Shown here piece after piece: positions 1-11,774 of a DNA stretch of 45,689 bases; positions within the stretch are counted from its first letter, which is position 1, and each line of letters begins with the position of its first letter. The notes below the pieces were generated by a model. The model was given only the letters and a program-made list of their open reading frames with translations. It was not told the origin of the DNA and ran no database searches. This stretch comes from Nemertoderma westbladi (Eukaryota; Animalia; Xenacoelomorpha), in contig JAUCBJ010001333.1 of assembly GCA_032718475.1 (NCBI GenBank), positions 1 to 45,689 of the forward strand, read 5' to 3'. A program made the position numbers and the translations under genes.

Positions 1-517
1 GCTTGGGTAGCTCTATCAAAAATGGATACCATCTGGAAATCAGATCTCTCCAGGCACCTGAAGACTAAGTTCTTTCGAGCCACAGTGGAAAGTGTATTTT
101 TATACGGGGGTGAGACCTGGACACTGACTAAATCACTTGAACAACGAATTGATGGTTGCTACACAAGACTACTAAGGGCAGCCCTAAACATCAGCTGGAG
201 ACAACACATGACAAACGCCGAGCTTTATGGTACAATACCACTTGTATCAACCACCCTCCGTGAACGCAGATTAAGATTCAGTGGGCACTGCTGGCGAAAT
301 AAAGACGAGGTCATACCAGATCTACTTCTCTGGCAACCAACTCATGGAAAGCGTAGTCGTGGACGACCTGCCATAACATATATAGATCAACTTGAAAGGG
401 ATACTGAACTTGGGAGAAACGAAATTGCGACAACTATGGAGAATCGGGAAGCCTGGAAGGATCTCAATTCCACTGTCCGAGTTCGCTCGACCTACTGTAG
501 TAGTAGTAGTAGTAGTA
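1..517 (+). mobile_element. 3' fragment of an RTE-like LINE (RT C-terminal region) ending in a (TAG)n microsatellite tail
   Basis: ORF 22-546 has FRATVESVFLYGGETW, YTRLLRAALNISW, RLRFSGHCWR and LLLWQPTHGKRSRGRP, typical of the C-terminus of RTE-clade ORFs. A tagtagtag run lies at ~497-517. Confidence 0.85.
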
Positions 518-1148
518 AGCATCCTTTACTGCATTGTCAGTTCTGAGTTTCTCCCAGTCATATTTGATTTGCTTACTTGTCCTGGGTTTGCTGGCTCTCA
601 AACTGAGTCTGATCTCTGCAGTCACGATTCTGTGGTCCGAACCAATTAGGTTGAACGAGCTGTATGCCTCGCAGTTGATCATGCTGTTTCTCCACTTTTT
701 GTTTATAAGGATGTAATCCAGTTGTGCTTTGGTTCCATTAGGGTATTTAAAGTTCCATAGCTTCCCCTTACTCTTTTCGAATGTGTTGTTTGTTGGTATC
801 AATTCACATTCTTCCATTAAGGTCTAAGTGTAAGCAAGCACCCATTTCTGTTCGAACTGGTATAACCCTTGATGTCTTATAGGCCAATTTGCGCATTCAT
901 GTCACCAGCAATGACTTTGCAATTGTGTTTCGGAGAATCTCCTTTATAAGTCCAGTCAGATCTTCATAAAACTTGACTGCTTGTTCTGGCTCTGAGGCAT
1001 TGGTTGGACTGTAGCAACATATAACTGTTGCCTTGGGATTCCCATCAAATGTTACGATCATAACCCTGGAATTTATAGATTCGATGTTGTTTAGGGTCTT
1101 AAGTGCAAATGGGCTTAGCAGAATTCCTACTCCATCAATGGAACTCAA
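518..1148 (-). mobile_element. Frameshifted AP-endonuclease fragment of an RTE-like LINE
   Basis: Minus-strand ORFs 897-1148 (GVGILLS, SINSRVM, VICCYSPTN) and 464-817 (QLDYILINKKWRNS, GSDHRIV) carry APE motifs in different frames. Confidence 0.85.
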
Positions 1149-3603
1149 GTCAATAGAATAGGATACACAGTTTAATTTCTTCTCATAATAATCTGCTATT
1201 TTCCCCTTTGCACCTTTTTAATTGCTTCCGAGTACTCCCCTTATCTGTAATCCAGTCATCCGTCTGCTAGATTTTCTGAAAGGAATGTGTACCACACAGT
1301 ATAAATCGATATTGTCTGATTGGGTGATACCGGTTGGTTGTAGGTACTAAAGAATCACTTTCGATCTTGATAGAAACATTTTCTGACGTCGTTCTTTGTC
1401 CGCCCGTTTATCTCAGCCGTATACGACGAATATTCCAACCCTAATCTACCTTCGCCCCAATATATTCTTCATTGATCTCAATATATTTAGCATTAGTTTG
1501 TGCATTCCTACTCTACGGGGTAGTCCACGCCACCTGTAAGCGATATCGAACTCAGATGACGACACATTGAATCCTCGTTAACTTCCATCCCTTATCGCCT
1601 ATTAATAATTAATTAAGTGGATCCCGGTAGATTCTTTGTAATGCCAATCTCTTTGTTCACCGTCGATACTCCCTTTGAACCCTAGATGGCGCTGCTGTAT
1701 ATGCCGCCCACCTACAACGAATTACAATCGAATTGCCCGCGTTTGACTTGCCTCGCACTCTATGTACATTTACAAACATCTATTAATACGCTGCCGGGCT
1801 GCCGTTAATTACTTGACGTATTTCCCCCCCCCCCCCCAGTCCAGTATTGATACCTGATACCTGTATTTTTCAAATAATACAAATCAAAAATATGTATTTG
1901 TTCTCCCGTTTTTTTTTTAAACAATAGAATGTGTTGAGGTAACAGCGATGTCATTTAGTTGTTATCCATTTATTAAATAACCTGGATATAAAACTGATGG
2001 TAATAAATATAAACAATTAAAGTCTTTGTAACACATGGTACATACAGAGTACCCAGGTGCGGAAACCTTTTCAATTTTCCTTATTAATAAATGAGACCGT
2101 TGTATCTTTTCTTTCCTTCATCACTATAATGTTCCACAGTCGCCATATATCGGCCACAGGCTCAGGTGTTCAGTGTCAGTGATTGACCTCGGATTTTATC
2201 ATTTGTGTTTCTTTTTATTTGTTTAGTTATTTATGTTTGAATTCGTGCTAAAGCATAGATCGTACTAAAACTTTAGTTTGGAGCCCCTCAGGGACATTAA
2301 AAAAAGTTTTTTGATAAAAAAAAAAGTCGTACGAACGTATTATGTATAAAAAAATCATACATTATACATACTGTACCGCATGCTGCATACAGATGCCGTA
2401 TACATACTGCAGACCGTTTACAGACCCCACAAAGACACACGATGAGTATTCTAGCTCATATCTGACAGGTCTCAACTTAAACGGATCATAAATAACGGAT
2501 TTGACTTTCAGACATTTCGCGAGCGGCAGACTAGAGAACTGTAGACCGTCAGACCGACTTGAGTTAGCTGATATTGAGTTTCAACTACGGTATTTTATAT
2601 TGAATTGAAAAACCCGCTATTTATTTGTATTGTTTATTACCATTAATGTTTAGCCAATCGAAGTATAGTTAGTTAGTAAGTCGTTCGCGCGAGTTACTAT
2701 TGGAACGATGCGTAGCATCTATTGGACATGCTTTCTGCAAAATTTCGCTTTATTTCGTTTACAATTTTTGTAGGAGAAGATACATTTCCTACAAACAGTG
2801 TGTGTGTGTAATCTTGGCTAATTTACCATAAATACATCTAAAATAATGTACAAAACGTTCCAGTTTATTTATTCTACACTTCTTCCATTCCGAGACTAGT
2901 GCCTATAACTCAGGCTCCAGTCTGAACTCCTAGCGGATATACAGTAGGTGTTACTTGTAATAATGTGGTGTTTACTAGCGGCTCCCAACATTGAATCCGC
3001 TAAGGCACTTAATAATTAAATATTAATCCCTATTTGTTAGTGAATGAACTCACTGTACAACCCCATAAAAGCAGCATCGATTAATTTTTCCATCGTTCTT
3101 TCATTTCCTGTTGATTAGTTTTATAGCCTTGGGGGCTTGGCGTGCACACGAAATGTTTCTTTACATTACAAAGAAACTCCTAACCATGGATGACTCCAGA
3201 TGAAAGTAGATTAACGGTACAAATAGTGGGCCCATAACAACAGTATGAATAATTAAACGTACAAATATCCGCCTTCCTGGTTGCAATTGTAATAAATTGT
3301 TGATTTGCAAGCAGGTTGGGCGAGCTGTTTGTTCGTTTAATTATTTGTACTGTTCCTGTGGGCCCACTACGTGCACTCTTAATCTCCAATTCGTGTTTAT
3401 ATGCGGAATATAGTATTCCGTAGTGGTTCATATCAATCTTTGTTAAATTGGTGACATTCATGGCGAGATTAGAAGCGCAGTTCTACTGCTACCATCGGCC
3501 TACTGCATTGTAACTGCGCATTCAGAATTCTGTGATGGCTTAACGTAAACAATCTGTGCCACCACCATGCAATCCACAATTGCATGCTGTAATGCTGCGT
3601 ACT

Positions 3604-3824
3604 TTAAAAATGTTGTGCCGGCCTGTCGAAAAAATTGCGCCGCCACAACTCCCTATCCCCCATGACTTTCGCGAGATTATCCGCATCTTCAAGGCCAGTG
3701 TCCTTTAAGATGCGTCTCAAGAAAGTCATGGGCTGTCCACCATGCTTATTTTCTCCATGAGGCTGCCAAAGTACAAGATTTTGCACAAGCTGGTCCTCAA
3801 GGCGAAAGCCATGTCCTGCGAAGC
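3604..3824 (-). mobile_element. Short 3' fragment of an RTE-like LINE, same subfamily as 10527-11430
   Basis: Encodes NLVLWQPHG..GQPMTFLRRILKDTGLED. The nucleotides align by eye with 10525-10666. Confidence 0.75.
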
Positions 3825-3862
3825 TATTTATTAAATTCTGATTTATTAATTTTATTCTGCAG

Positions 3863-5854
3863 AAATTTAATTGAGCAGCAGGTGCGCAATCTTTCTGACT
3901 TCAATCGCGCAGTACGCGGACTCACCACTGGGGGGCGTGTGAACCCCGGCGGCAAACAGGAGCCAAAGACAGCGGACCGTTCGGACGGGAACCGAACTGA
4001 AACGGACCCGGACCTTGGTGTATACTCCTCTAGGAGTATGGGGGGCGCCCCCAACCAGACCCCTTCGCCCTCTGTGAGACCCTCCCCTGCACCTTTATAT
4101 AAGTCGAGAGTTCCAGAAGCGACTAAGACTCAGCCCATTATGCACGTACCAAAGAGTCCACGGGTCGCCCCACAGCATTCCTCCCCCGCTAAAAGTCCCC
4201 TAAAATCCCCCGATTCACCCGCCAATAGTTCAGGCAATTCCTGTCTGACCCCCGATTCATTGGACGTGTCATTCAGTAGCCCAGCAACCGAGTCATTGCC
4301 TAGCAACACATCTACTCGAAGATCGGAACGAGGTCAGCCCAGAATTGAATCTAACGGCGATATACAATCCAATACTCAGTTATCTACTGCCACTACTTGT
4401 GCTACATCAGTATCAATTAACCAACCGCCTTTATTATCACAAAAGCAACCTGTTTCAATTAGCCAACCTGTAACAGTTGCTTCAGAAACAGTTAACCAAA
4501 CTGATCAATTAAAACCAGCTGTCACAGTTAACCAAACTGATCAATTAAAACCAGCTGCCAAAGTTAACCAAACTGATCAATTAAAACCAGCTGCCACAGT
4601 TAACCAAACTGATCAATTAAAACCAGCTGCCACAGTTAACCAAACTGATCATTTAAAACCGGCTGCCACAGTTAACCAAACTGATCAATTAAAACCGGCT
4701 GCCACAGTTAACAAACGCGCAAAAGCTGGTAAAGAAACGGCACCACCGCTAAACGAAACGGTCGCAACTCCCGTGACCACTCCAACACGCACAGATGTTA
4801 ATGCATCTCGTATTCCCGTGATTATGTCCAAAAACAGTGGAAATAGGGCAAACCATCGACCCGCGGACACATCTAGCCTTCCCGCAAGGACCCCAACCCA
4901 CCCTGCACCAACCCCCGCCCACACTGCACCAAACCCCACCCACACTGCACCTACCACTAACCCCCCTGCACCAACCCCTGCCCACACAGCACCAACCCCA
5001 GCTCACAGTGCACCAACACCCGCCCAACCTGCACCAACCCCCACTACCACACCACCCACCCCCGCCCATCCTGCACCAACCCCCATCCACCCTGCACCCA
5101 CCCCCACTAGCACAGCACACACCCACCCTGCACCCACCACCAACCCCCTTGCTCCAACCAACACATCCCCAGCCCCCAGACCAGACCCCTCCGACTACCG
5201 CAGACCGGTCTGCCTCCCACGTAAACCCGACTCCCCTATCGCTTCCTCCCGCGCCTCTCCCGTGGCCACCGTCGCTCCCATCGTCGTGAAACCGAAGCCG
5301 AGCGTCACCACGGCAACGACGGTCAATGAGACGCTCGCTGTCCGGGAGACCACAGTAGTCGCGGATGCATTGGTCACCAAGGATACGAGGAACATCGTCG
5401 GATACGATTCGGTTCGCGGGCTGGAAGTTCGTCGAGTGGAACGCGTTCCTCAGCCGACGGAACGCGTTCCCAACCCCGCGGAGCGCGTTATCCAACCCAC
5501 CACCGTATCGACGCCTCTAGTTAAACCGATAGACACCCCCGTAACATCCACCGACGCGGGGGTACACGTCTCCCAGGGATACAAGTCGTCGGGATTCATT
5601 CGAGTTCCGCGGAATAGTCCGGAGGAACGCCGGAGTTCCACTCCGGACGCGGCGCGGATGGTAGAGACGAACCCGGACGAGATCGAGTCGATCGGAGTCG
5701 AAGAGGTGGTGAACGTGGCCGCTAGAGGGATACTCAAACGTCGGGAATCTCCGGCGCCCTCTAGGGACGGACGAACGCACTCAGCTTTGGGTGGCTCTAT
5801 ATCGGTGGATAGAGTGAGGGATTCCTTGGAGTGCCTCCAGGTGGCGTCTAATAG
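3863..5854 (+). CDS. CEP126: Internal exon A of a CEP126/KIAA1377-like gene (upstream exons not identified)
   Basis: Acceptor ttttattctgcAG at 3861-3862 and donor AG|GTTAGT at 5855 (phase 2); the frame is that of ORF 3882-5900. It ends RGILKRR...VRDSLECLQ, resembling the CEP126 xILKK...IRDSIEL block (recalled, not searched). Confidence 0.72.
4488..4713 (+). repeat. Coding 36-bp tandem repeat, ~6 copies (TVNQTDQLKPAA)
   Basis: Unit acagttaaccaaactgatcaattaaaaccagctgcc repeats in frame. Confidence 0.95.
4890..5185 (+). repeat. Degenerate ~21-bp coding repeat, Pro/Thr/His-rich (PAPTPAH-like)
   Basis: C/A-rich stretch with recurring gcaccaacccc; the translation shows a 7-aa period. Confidence 0.85.
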
Positions 5855-6710
5855 GTTAGTTAGAAATCGATTTCTAGTAGTACCTCTAGGTGGCGTGTAA
5901 TAGGTAAGCTAAAAATGATTCTTAGGAGTGCCTTTAGGTGGCGTCTAAAGGGATAGTCAGAAAATCGCCCATGTGAACTAGTGAAGAATACCAGGATTTA
6001 CGCCCATGTGAAGAATACCAGGATTTCACTTGTCGGTCGACTTTTTATTGGAGTTTTATTTATGAAAATTTTTATTTTTTTTAATTTATCCTTATTAAAT
6101 GTTTTATAGCGCTTATTTCTGTCTTATAAGCTGTACATATACTAATTCGTTTATTGGCCCATATGAAGAATACCAGACTTCCTACCGTTATATTTCACTT
6201 TGCATGTCGCCCATGTGAAGAATACCAGGTTTTAACCAAAACATAGGTTACATAAGGACTGAATTTAACCAAAACAATAAACGAATTAGTATATGTACAG
6301 CTTATAAGACAGAAATAAGCGCTATAAAACACTTAATAAAGATAAATTTAAAAAAATAAAAAATATTCATAAATAAAACTCCAATAAAAAGTCGACCGAA
6401 AAGTGAAATCCTGGTATTCTTCACGGGCGTAAATCCTGGTATTCTTCACATGTGCCATGTGTGTAAATCCTGGTATTATCATTACATTATTCACATGGGC
6501 GGTAGAACCTCTAGGTGGCGTCTAATAGGATAGTTAGGAATGATTCGGAGTGCCTCAAGGTGGCGTCTAAAAAGTTAATTAGAAGTGGATTCCTAGTAAT
6601 ACCTTTAGAGCATCTATTAGGTTAGTTAGGAATGGATTCCTTGGAGAGTCTCTAGGTGGCGTATAATAGATTTGTTAATTCGATATGTCTTGGAATGCCA
6701 CAGGTTGGTG
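5820..6710 (+). repeat. Degenerate 48-49-bp tandem array copied from the exon A/intron junction, ~7-8 copies, interrupted by a foldback element
   Basis: Unit gattccttggagtgcctccaggtggcgtctaatag|gttagttagaaatc recurs with substitutions at 5820-5965 and 6502-6710. Confidence 0.85.
5966..6501. mobile_element. Foldback/MITE-like palindromic element with ~190-bp inverted arms
   Basis: Termini cgcccatgtgaa...ttcacatgggcg. 5966-6156 is the near reverse complement of ~6275-6501. The sub-repeat cgcccatgtgaagaataccagg recurs. No TSD seen. Confidence 0.85.
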
Positions 6711-6793
6711 TATATTCTTTCTGTGTTTTCTTTTTATGTTATTCTTTCTTTATATTAATGTATTATGTTTATTGACTTTCTTTCTTAACGCAG

Positions 6794-7328
6794 ATCCCAG
6801 AAGAAATCCGTTCGGTTTACCGACGAGAACGGTTCTAGAACGCCGCTGGCATTTTTTGACGACGCCTCCTCCGCGCATCGCTACCCTCCCAACTCTGGCC
6901 GACCCACGGTCGCCGGGGTAAACCGACCCCAGATGACCCCGACCCGCACCGTTACCATAACGACCCCGTCCTGGGACCCGCGAGCCCGGCTCTCCAAGCA
7001 GGCCCTGGCCGCTAAGGGGCCAACGCACGCCGCCGCTAGGGGGACACCATCTGGAGGCGCGGCCACCCGGAAGAAACAACAGATAGGTCTAGACATCGGT
7101 AGGGGTCCCGATGGTGACGTAACGAATGGCGACCTCGAGTTCCCCGGGCAACCAACTCAACAAAGAAACAACGTCATAAAACACAACGGCGGGTTAGATG
7201 GTGACGTCATCGGTGCTATGCAACCGGATAATCTCCAGAAAACGCCGACGGATGAGGAAATAAATATATTATGGGATAAAGTTCGCAGTTGCCTTGACCG
7301 ACGCGGTAATGTGCTGCAGTACAGCCAG
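6794..7328 (+). CDS. CEP126: Exon B of the CEP126-like gene
   Basis: Acceptor ttcttaacgCAG at 6791-6793. The phase-2 join reads ..ASNR-SQKKSVRFTDE. Contains LQKTPTDEEINILWDKVRSCL. Donor CAG|GTAGGT at 7329 (phase 0). Confidence 0.75.
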
Positions 7329-10300
7329 GTAGGTTGAGTGATAGACGCGGTAATGTGCTGCAGTACAGCCAGGTAGGTTGAGTGATAGACGCGGTAATGT
7401 GCTGCAGTACAGCCAGGTAGGTTGAGTGATAGACGCGGTAATGTGCTGCAGTACAGCCAGGTAGGTTGAGTGATAGACGCGGTAATGTGCTGCAGTACAG
7501 CCAGGTAGGTTGAGTGATAGACGCGGTAATGTGCTGCAGTACAGCCAGGTAGGTTGAGTGATAGACGCGGTAATGTGCTGCAGTACAGCCAGGTAGGTTG
7601 AGTGATAGACGCGGTAATGTGCTGCAGTACAGCCAGGTAGGTTGAGTGATAGACGCGGTAATGTGCTGCAGTACAGCCAGGTAGGTTGAGTGATAGACGC
7701 GGTAATGTGCTGCAGTACAGCCAGGTAGGTTGAGTGATAGACGCGGTAATGTGCTGCAGTACAGCCAGGTAGGTTGAGTGATAGACGCGGTAATGTGCTG
7801 CAGTACAGCCAGGTAGGTTGAGTGATAGACGCGGTAATGTGCTGCAGTACAGCCAGGTAGGTTGAGTGATAGACGCGGTAATGTACTGCAGTACAGCCAG
7901 GTAGGTTGAGTGATAGACGCGGTAATGTGCTGCAGTACAGCCAGGTAGGTTGAGTGATAGACGCGGTAATGTGCTGCAGTACAGCCAGGTAGGTTGAGTG
8001 ATAGACGCGGTAATGTGCTGCAGTACAGCCAGGTAGGTTGAGTGATAGACGCGGTAATGTGCTGCAGTACAGCCAGGTAGGTTGAGTGATAGACGCGGTA
8101 ATGTGCTGCAGTACAGCCAGGTAGGTTGAGTGATAGACGCGGTAATGTGCTGCAGTACAGCCAGGTAGGTTGAGTGATAGACGCGGTAATGTGCTGCAGT
8201 ACAGCCAGGTAGGTTGAGTGATAGACGCGGTAATGTGCTGCAGTACAGCCAGGTAGGTTGAGTGATAGACGCGGTAATGTGCTGCAGTACAGCCAGGTAG
8301 GTTGAGTGATAGACGCGGTAATGTGCTGCAGTACAGCCAGGTAGGTTGAGTGATAGACGCGGTAATGTGCTGCAGTACAGCCAGGTAGGTTGAGTGATAG
8401 ACGCGGTAATGTGCTGCAGTACAGCCAGGTAGGTTGAGTGATAGACGCGGTAATGTGCTGCAGTACAGCCAGGTAGGTTGAGTGATAGACGCGGTAATGT
8501 GCTGCAGTACAGCCAGGTAGGTTGAGTGATAGACGCGGTAATGTGCTGCAGTACAGCCAGGTAGGTTGAGTGATAGACGCGGTAATGTGCTGCAGTACAG
8601 CCAGGTAGGTTGAGTGATAGACGCGGTAATGTGCTGCAGTACAGCCAGGTAGGTTGAGTGATAGACGCGGTAATGTGCTGCAGTACAGCCAGGTAGGTTG
8701 AGTGATAGACGCGGTAATGTGCTGCAGTACAGCCAGGTAGGTTGAGTGATAGACGCGGTAATGTGCTGCAGTACAGCCAGGTAGGTTGAGTGATAGACGC
8801 GGTAATGTGCTGCAGTACAGCCAGGTAGGTTGAGTGATAGACGCGGTAATGTGCTGCAGTACAGCCAGGTAGGTTGAGTGATAGACGCGGTAATGTGCTG
8901 CAGTACAGCCAGGTAGGTTGAGTGATAGACGCGGTAATGTGCTGCAGTACAGCCAGGTAGGTTGAGTGATAGACGCGGTAATGTGCTGCAGTACAGCCAG
9001 GTAGGTTGAGTGATAGACGCGGTAATGTGCTGCAGTACAGCCAGGTAGGTTGAGTGATAGACGCGGTAATGTGCTGCAGTACAGCCAGGTAGGTTGAGTG
9101 ATAGACGCGGTAATGTGCTGCAGTACAGCCAGGTAGGTTGAGTGATAGACGCGGTAATGTGCTGCAGTACAGCCAGGTAGGTTGAGTGACAGACGCGGTA
9201 ATGTGCTGCAGTACAGCCAGGTAGGTTGAGTGATAGACGCGGTAATGTGCTGCAGTACAGCCAGGTAGGTTGAGTGATAGACGCGGTAATGTGCTGCAGT
9301 ACAGCCAGGTAGGTTGAGTGATAGACGCGGTAATGTGCTGCAGTACAGCCAGGTAGGTTGAGTGATAGACGCGGTAATGTGCTGCAGTACAGCCAGGTAG
9401 GTTGAGTGATAGACGCGGTAATGTGCTGCAGTACAGCCAGGTAGGTTGAGTGATAGACGCGGTAATGTGCTGCAGTACAGCCAGGTAGGTTGAGTGATAG
9501 ACGCGGTAATGTGCTGCAGTACAGCCAGGTAGGTTGAGTGATAGACGCGGTAATGTGCTGCAGTACAGCCAGGTAGGTTGAGTGATAGACGCGGTAATGT
9601 GCTGCAGTACAGCCAGGTAGGTTGAGTGATAGACGCGGTAATGTGCTGCAGTACAGCCAGGTAGGTTGAGTGATAGACGCGGTAATGTGCTGCAGTACAG
9701 CCAGGTAGGTTGAGTGATAGACGCGGTAATGTGCTGCAGTACAGCCAGGTAGGTTGAGTGATAGACGCGGTAATGTGCTGCAGTACAGCCAGGTAGGTTG
9801 AGTGATAGACGCGGTAATGTGCTGCAGTACAGCCAGGTAGGTTGAGTGATAGACGCGGTAATGTGCTGCAGTACAGCCAGGTAGGTTGAGTGATAGACGC
9901 GGTAATGTGCTGCAGTACAGCCAGGTAGGTTGAGTGATAGACGCGGTAATGTGCTGCAGTACAGCCAGGTAGGTTGAGTGATAGACGCGGTAATGTGCTG
10001 CAGTACAGCCAGGTAGGTTGAGTGATAGACGCGGTAATGTGCTGCAGTACAGCCAGGTAGGTTGAGTGATAGACGCGGTAATGTGCTGCAGTACAGCCAG
10101 GTAGGTTGAGTGATAGACGCGGTAATGTGCTGCAGTACAGCCAGGTAGGTTGAGTGATAGACGCGGTAATGTGCTGCAGTACAGCCAGGTAGGTTGAGTG
10201 ATAGACGCGGCAATGTGCTGCAGTACAGCCAGGTAGGTTGAGTGATAGACGCGGTAATGTGCTGCAGTACAGCCAGGTAGGTTGAGTGATAGACGCGGTA

Positions 10301-10526
10301 ATGTGCTGCAGTACAGCCAGGTAGGTTGAGTGATAGACGCGGTAATGTGCTGCAGTACAGCCAGGTAGGTTGAGTGATAGACGCGGTAATGTGCTGCAGT
10401 ACAGCCAGGTAGGTTGAGTGATAGACGCGGTAATGTGCTGCAGTACAGCCAGGTAGGTTGAGTGATAGACGCGGTAATGTGCTGCAGTACAGCCAGGTAG
10501 GTTGAGTGATAAACGCGGTAATGTGC
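7300..10526 (+). repeat. Near-perfect 44-bp tandem array, ~73 copies, spanning the exon B donor
   Basis: Unit gacgcggtaatgtgctgcagtacagccag|gtaggttgagtgata. I saw substitutions only at 7885, 9190, 10211 and 10512. Confidence 0.98.
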
Positions 10527-11555
10527 ATCTTCAAGTCCAGTGTCCTTTAGGAGGCGTCTCACGAAAGTCATGGGCTGTCAACCATGCTTATTTTTTCATG
10601 GGGCTGCCAAAGCACAAGATTATGCACTGGCTTGTCCTCAGGGCGAAACCAATGTCCTGCAAAGCGGAGGCGGCTTTGTTCTAGTGTCAAGCTTGGGGGA
10701 ACCAATGAGACACCTCCAATGTTATATAGTGTCTGGTTGGAGATGTGTGCATTGTACTTGACACAGTGAACCCGGCGTAGCATTCTTGTGAATGTGTCAT
10801 CCAGAGATTTGGTGTCCTCAGCAGTTAGAGCCCAGCATGGACACTCATAGAGGAGTACTGGAACTACTGCTGCTCTAAATAATCGAACCTTAAGTTTCCG
10901 ATTAATTCTGTGTGACTTCCAAATTCTGGAAAGCATATTCAAGGCTGCCCATGCCTTTCCCTTACGTATTCGAAGGTCCTCACCTGACTTCCGGATCCAT
11001 GATCCCAGGTTACAGAAGTCATCCACATGCTCAAGCATACCATCCTTTGAGCTTATGCTCATCCTATCAGAGACTTGCTGGAGGACTTTCAAAGTTAACT
11101 GTCAAAATGTTGGTCTTTTTGGAGTTAATAAAAAGATCAACACTAGAAGCAGCATGTTCTAATGAGCTGAGGAGCCGTTGGGCTCCCTCTAGTGATTCTG
11201 AGAGTACTCCTAAGTCATCAGCAAAGTCTAGATCAGTTAGGTACTTGGCAGGATTTCCTCGACTTCTGGAGCCAGTAGGTGGAGTTATCATCACCCCATC
11301 ACCATTATGATGATCTAAGGACATGCGTAGAACATAGTCAACCACAATTATGAACAAGAATGGCGCAAGTGTGTCTCCCTGGAGGACGCCCCATAACACT
11401 TCCAATGGTTCTGTGTCACCGTCAGCAGTATGCCACATGCTCAAGCATACCATCCTTTGAGCTTATGCTCATGCGATCACACAGTTCCTAAGGACTTCCA
11501 AACTTAACTGTCAAAATTTTGGTGATTCTGACTTCTGAGAGTACTCCTAAATCCA
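10527..11555 (-). mobile_element. Degenerate RTE-like LINE RT fragment plus a short second rearranged copy (~11432-11555)
   Basis: GVLQGDTLAPFLF, LTDLDFADDL, INSKKT, LFRAAVVPVLLY and RLRFAGHWFR across frameshifts. 11432-11555 repeats parts of 11022-11215. Confidence 0.9.
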
Positions 11556-11632
11556 TTAAATTCGGGTCGATAACGGTTAGACTTACTACTGATTGGCAAT
11601 CTCCTCGTTTATCTCAGCTGTTTCCTTTCCAG

Positions 11633-11774
11633 ATGACGTCAGACGTTTGGGCCCAACGAGTTTCGGCAGCCAATCAGAGGAACCCGCCAACGTTAACGCA
11701 GCACTATATAGATGGGAGTAATTTAATACCGGGAATCGGTAGACAGAATACAGTGGCACCAGTGCAGCACAATG
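11633..11774 (+). CDS. CEP126: Exon C of the CEP126-like gene (shortest form, first donor)
   Basis: Acceptor tttcctttccAG at 11631-11632, phase 0. Reads MTSDVWAQR...HYIDGSNL...VQHN. Donor G|GTAAGG at 11775 (phase 1). Confidence 0.72.

Noticed and set aside
3882-5900. Stand-alone 672-aa gene (likewise ORFs 6933-7337, 11519-13210 and 45317-45508)
   Set aside because: Most begin at non-ATG codons, and all are bounded by splice sites that join in phase, so they are exons of one gene.
7306-7311. GTAATG as the exon B donor
   Set aside because: It gives phase 1, which hits a TAA within exon C. The donor at 7329 keeps the frame open.
7157-10571. Minus-strand ORFs of 1125 and 1100 aa
   Set aside because: They arise because the 44-bp unit has no stop on that strand; they are repeat artefacts with no domain content.
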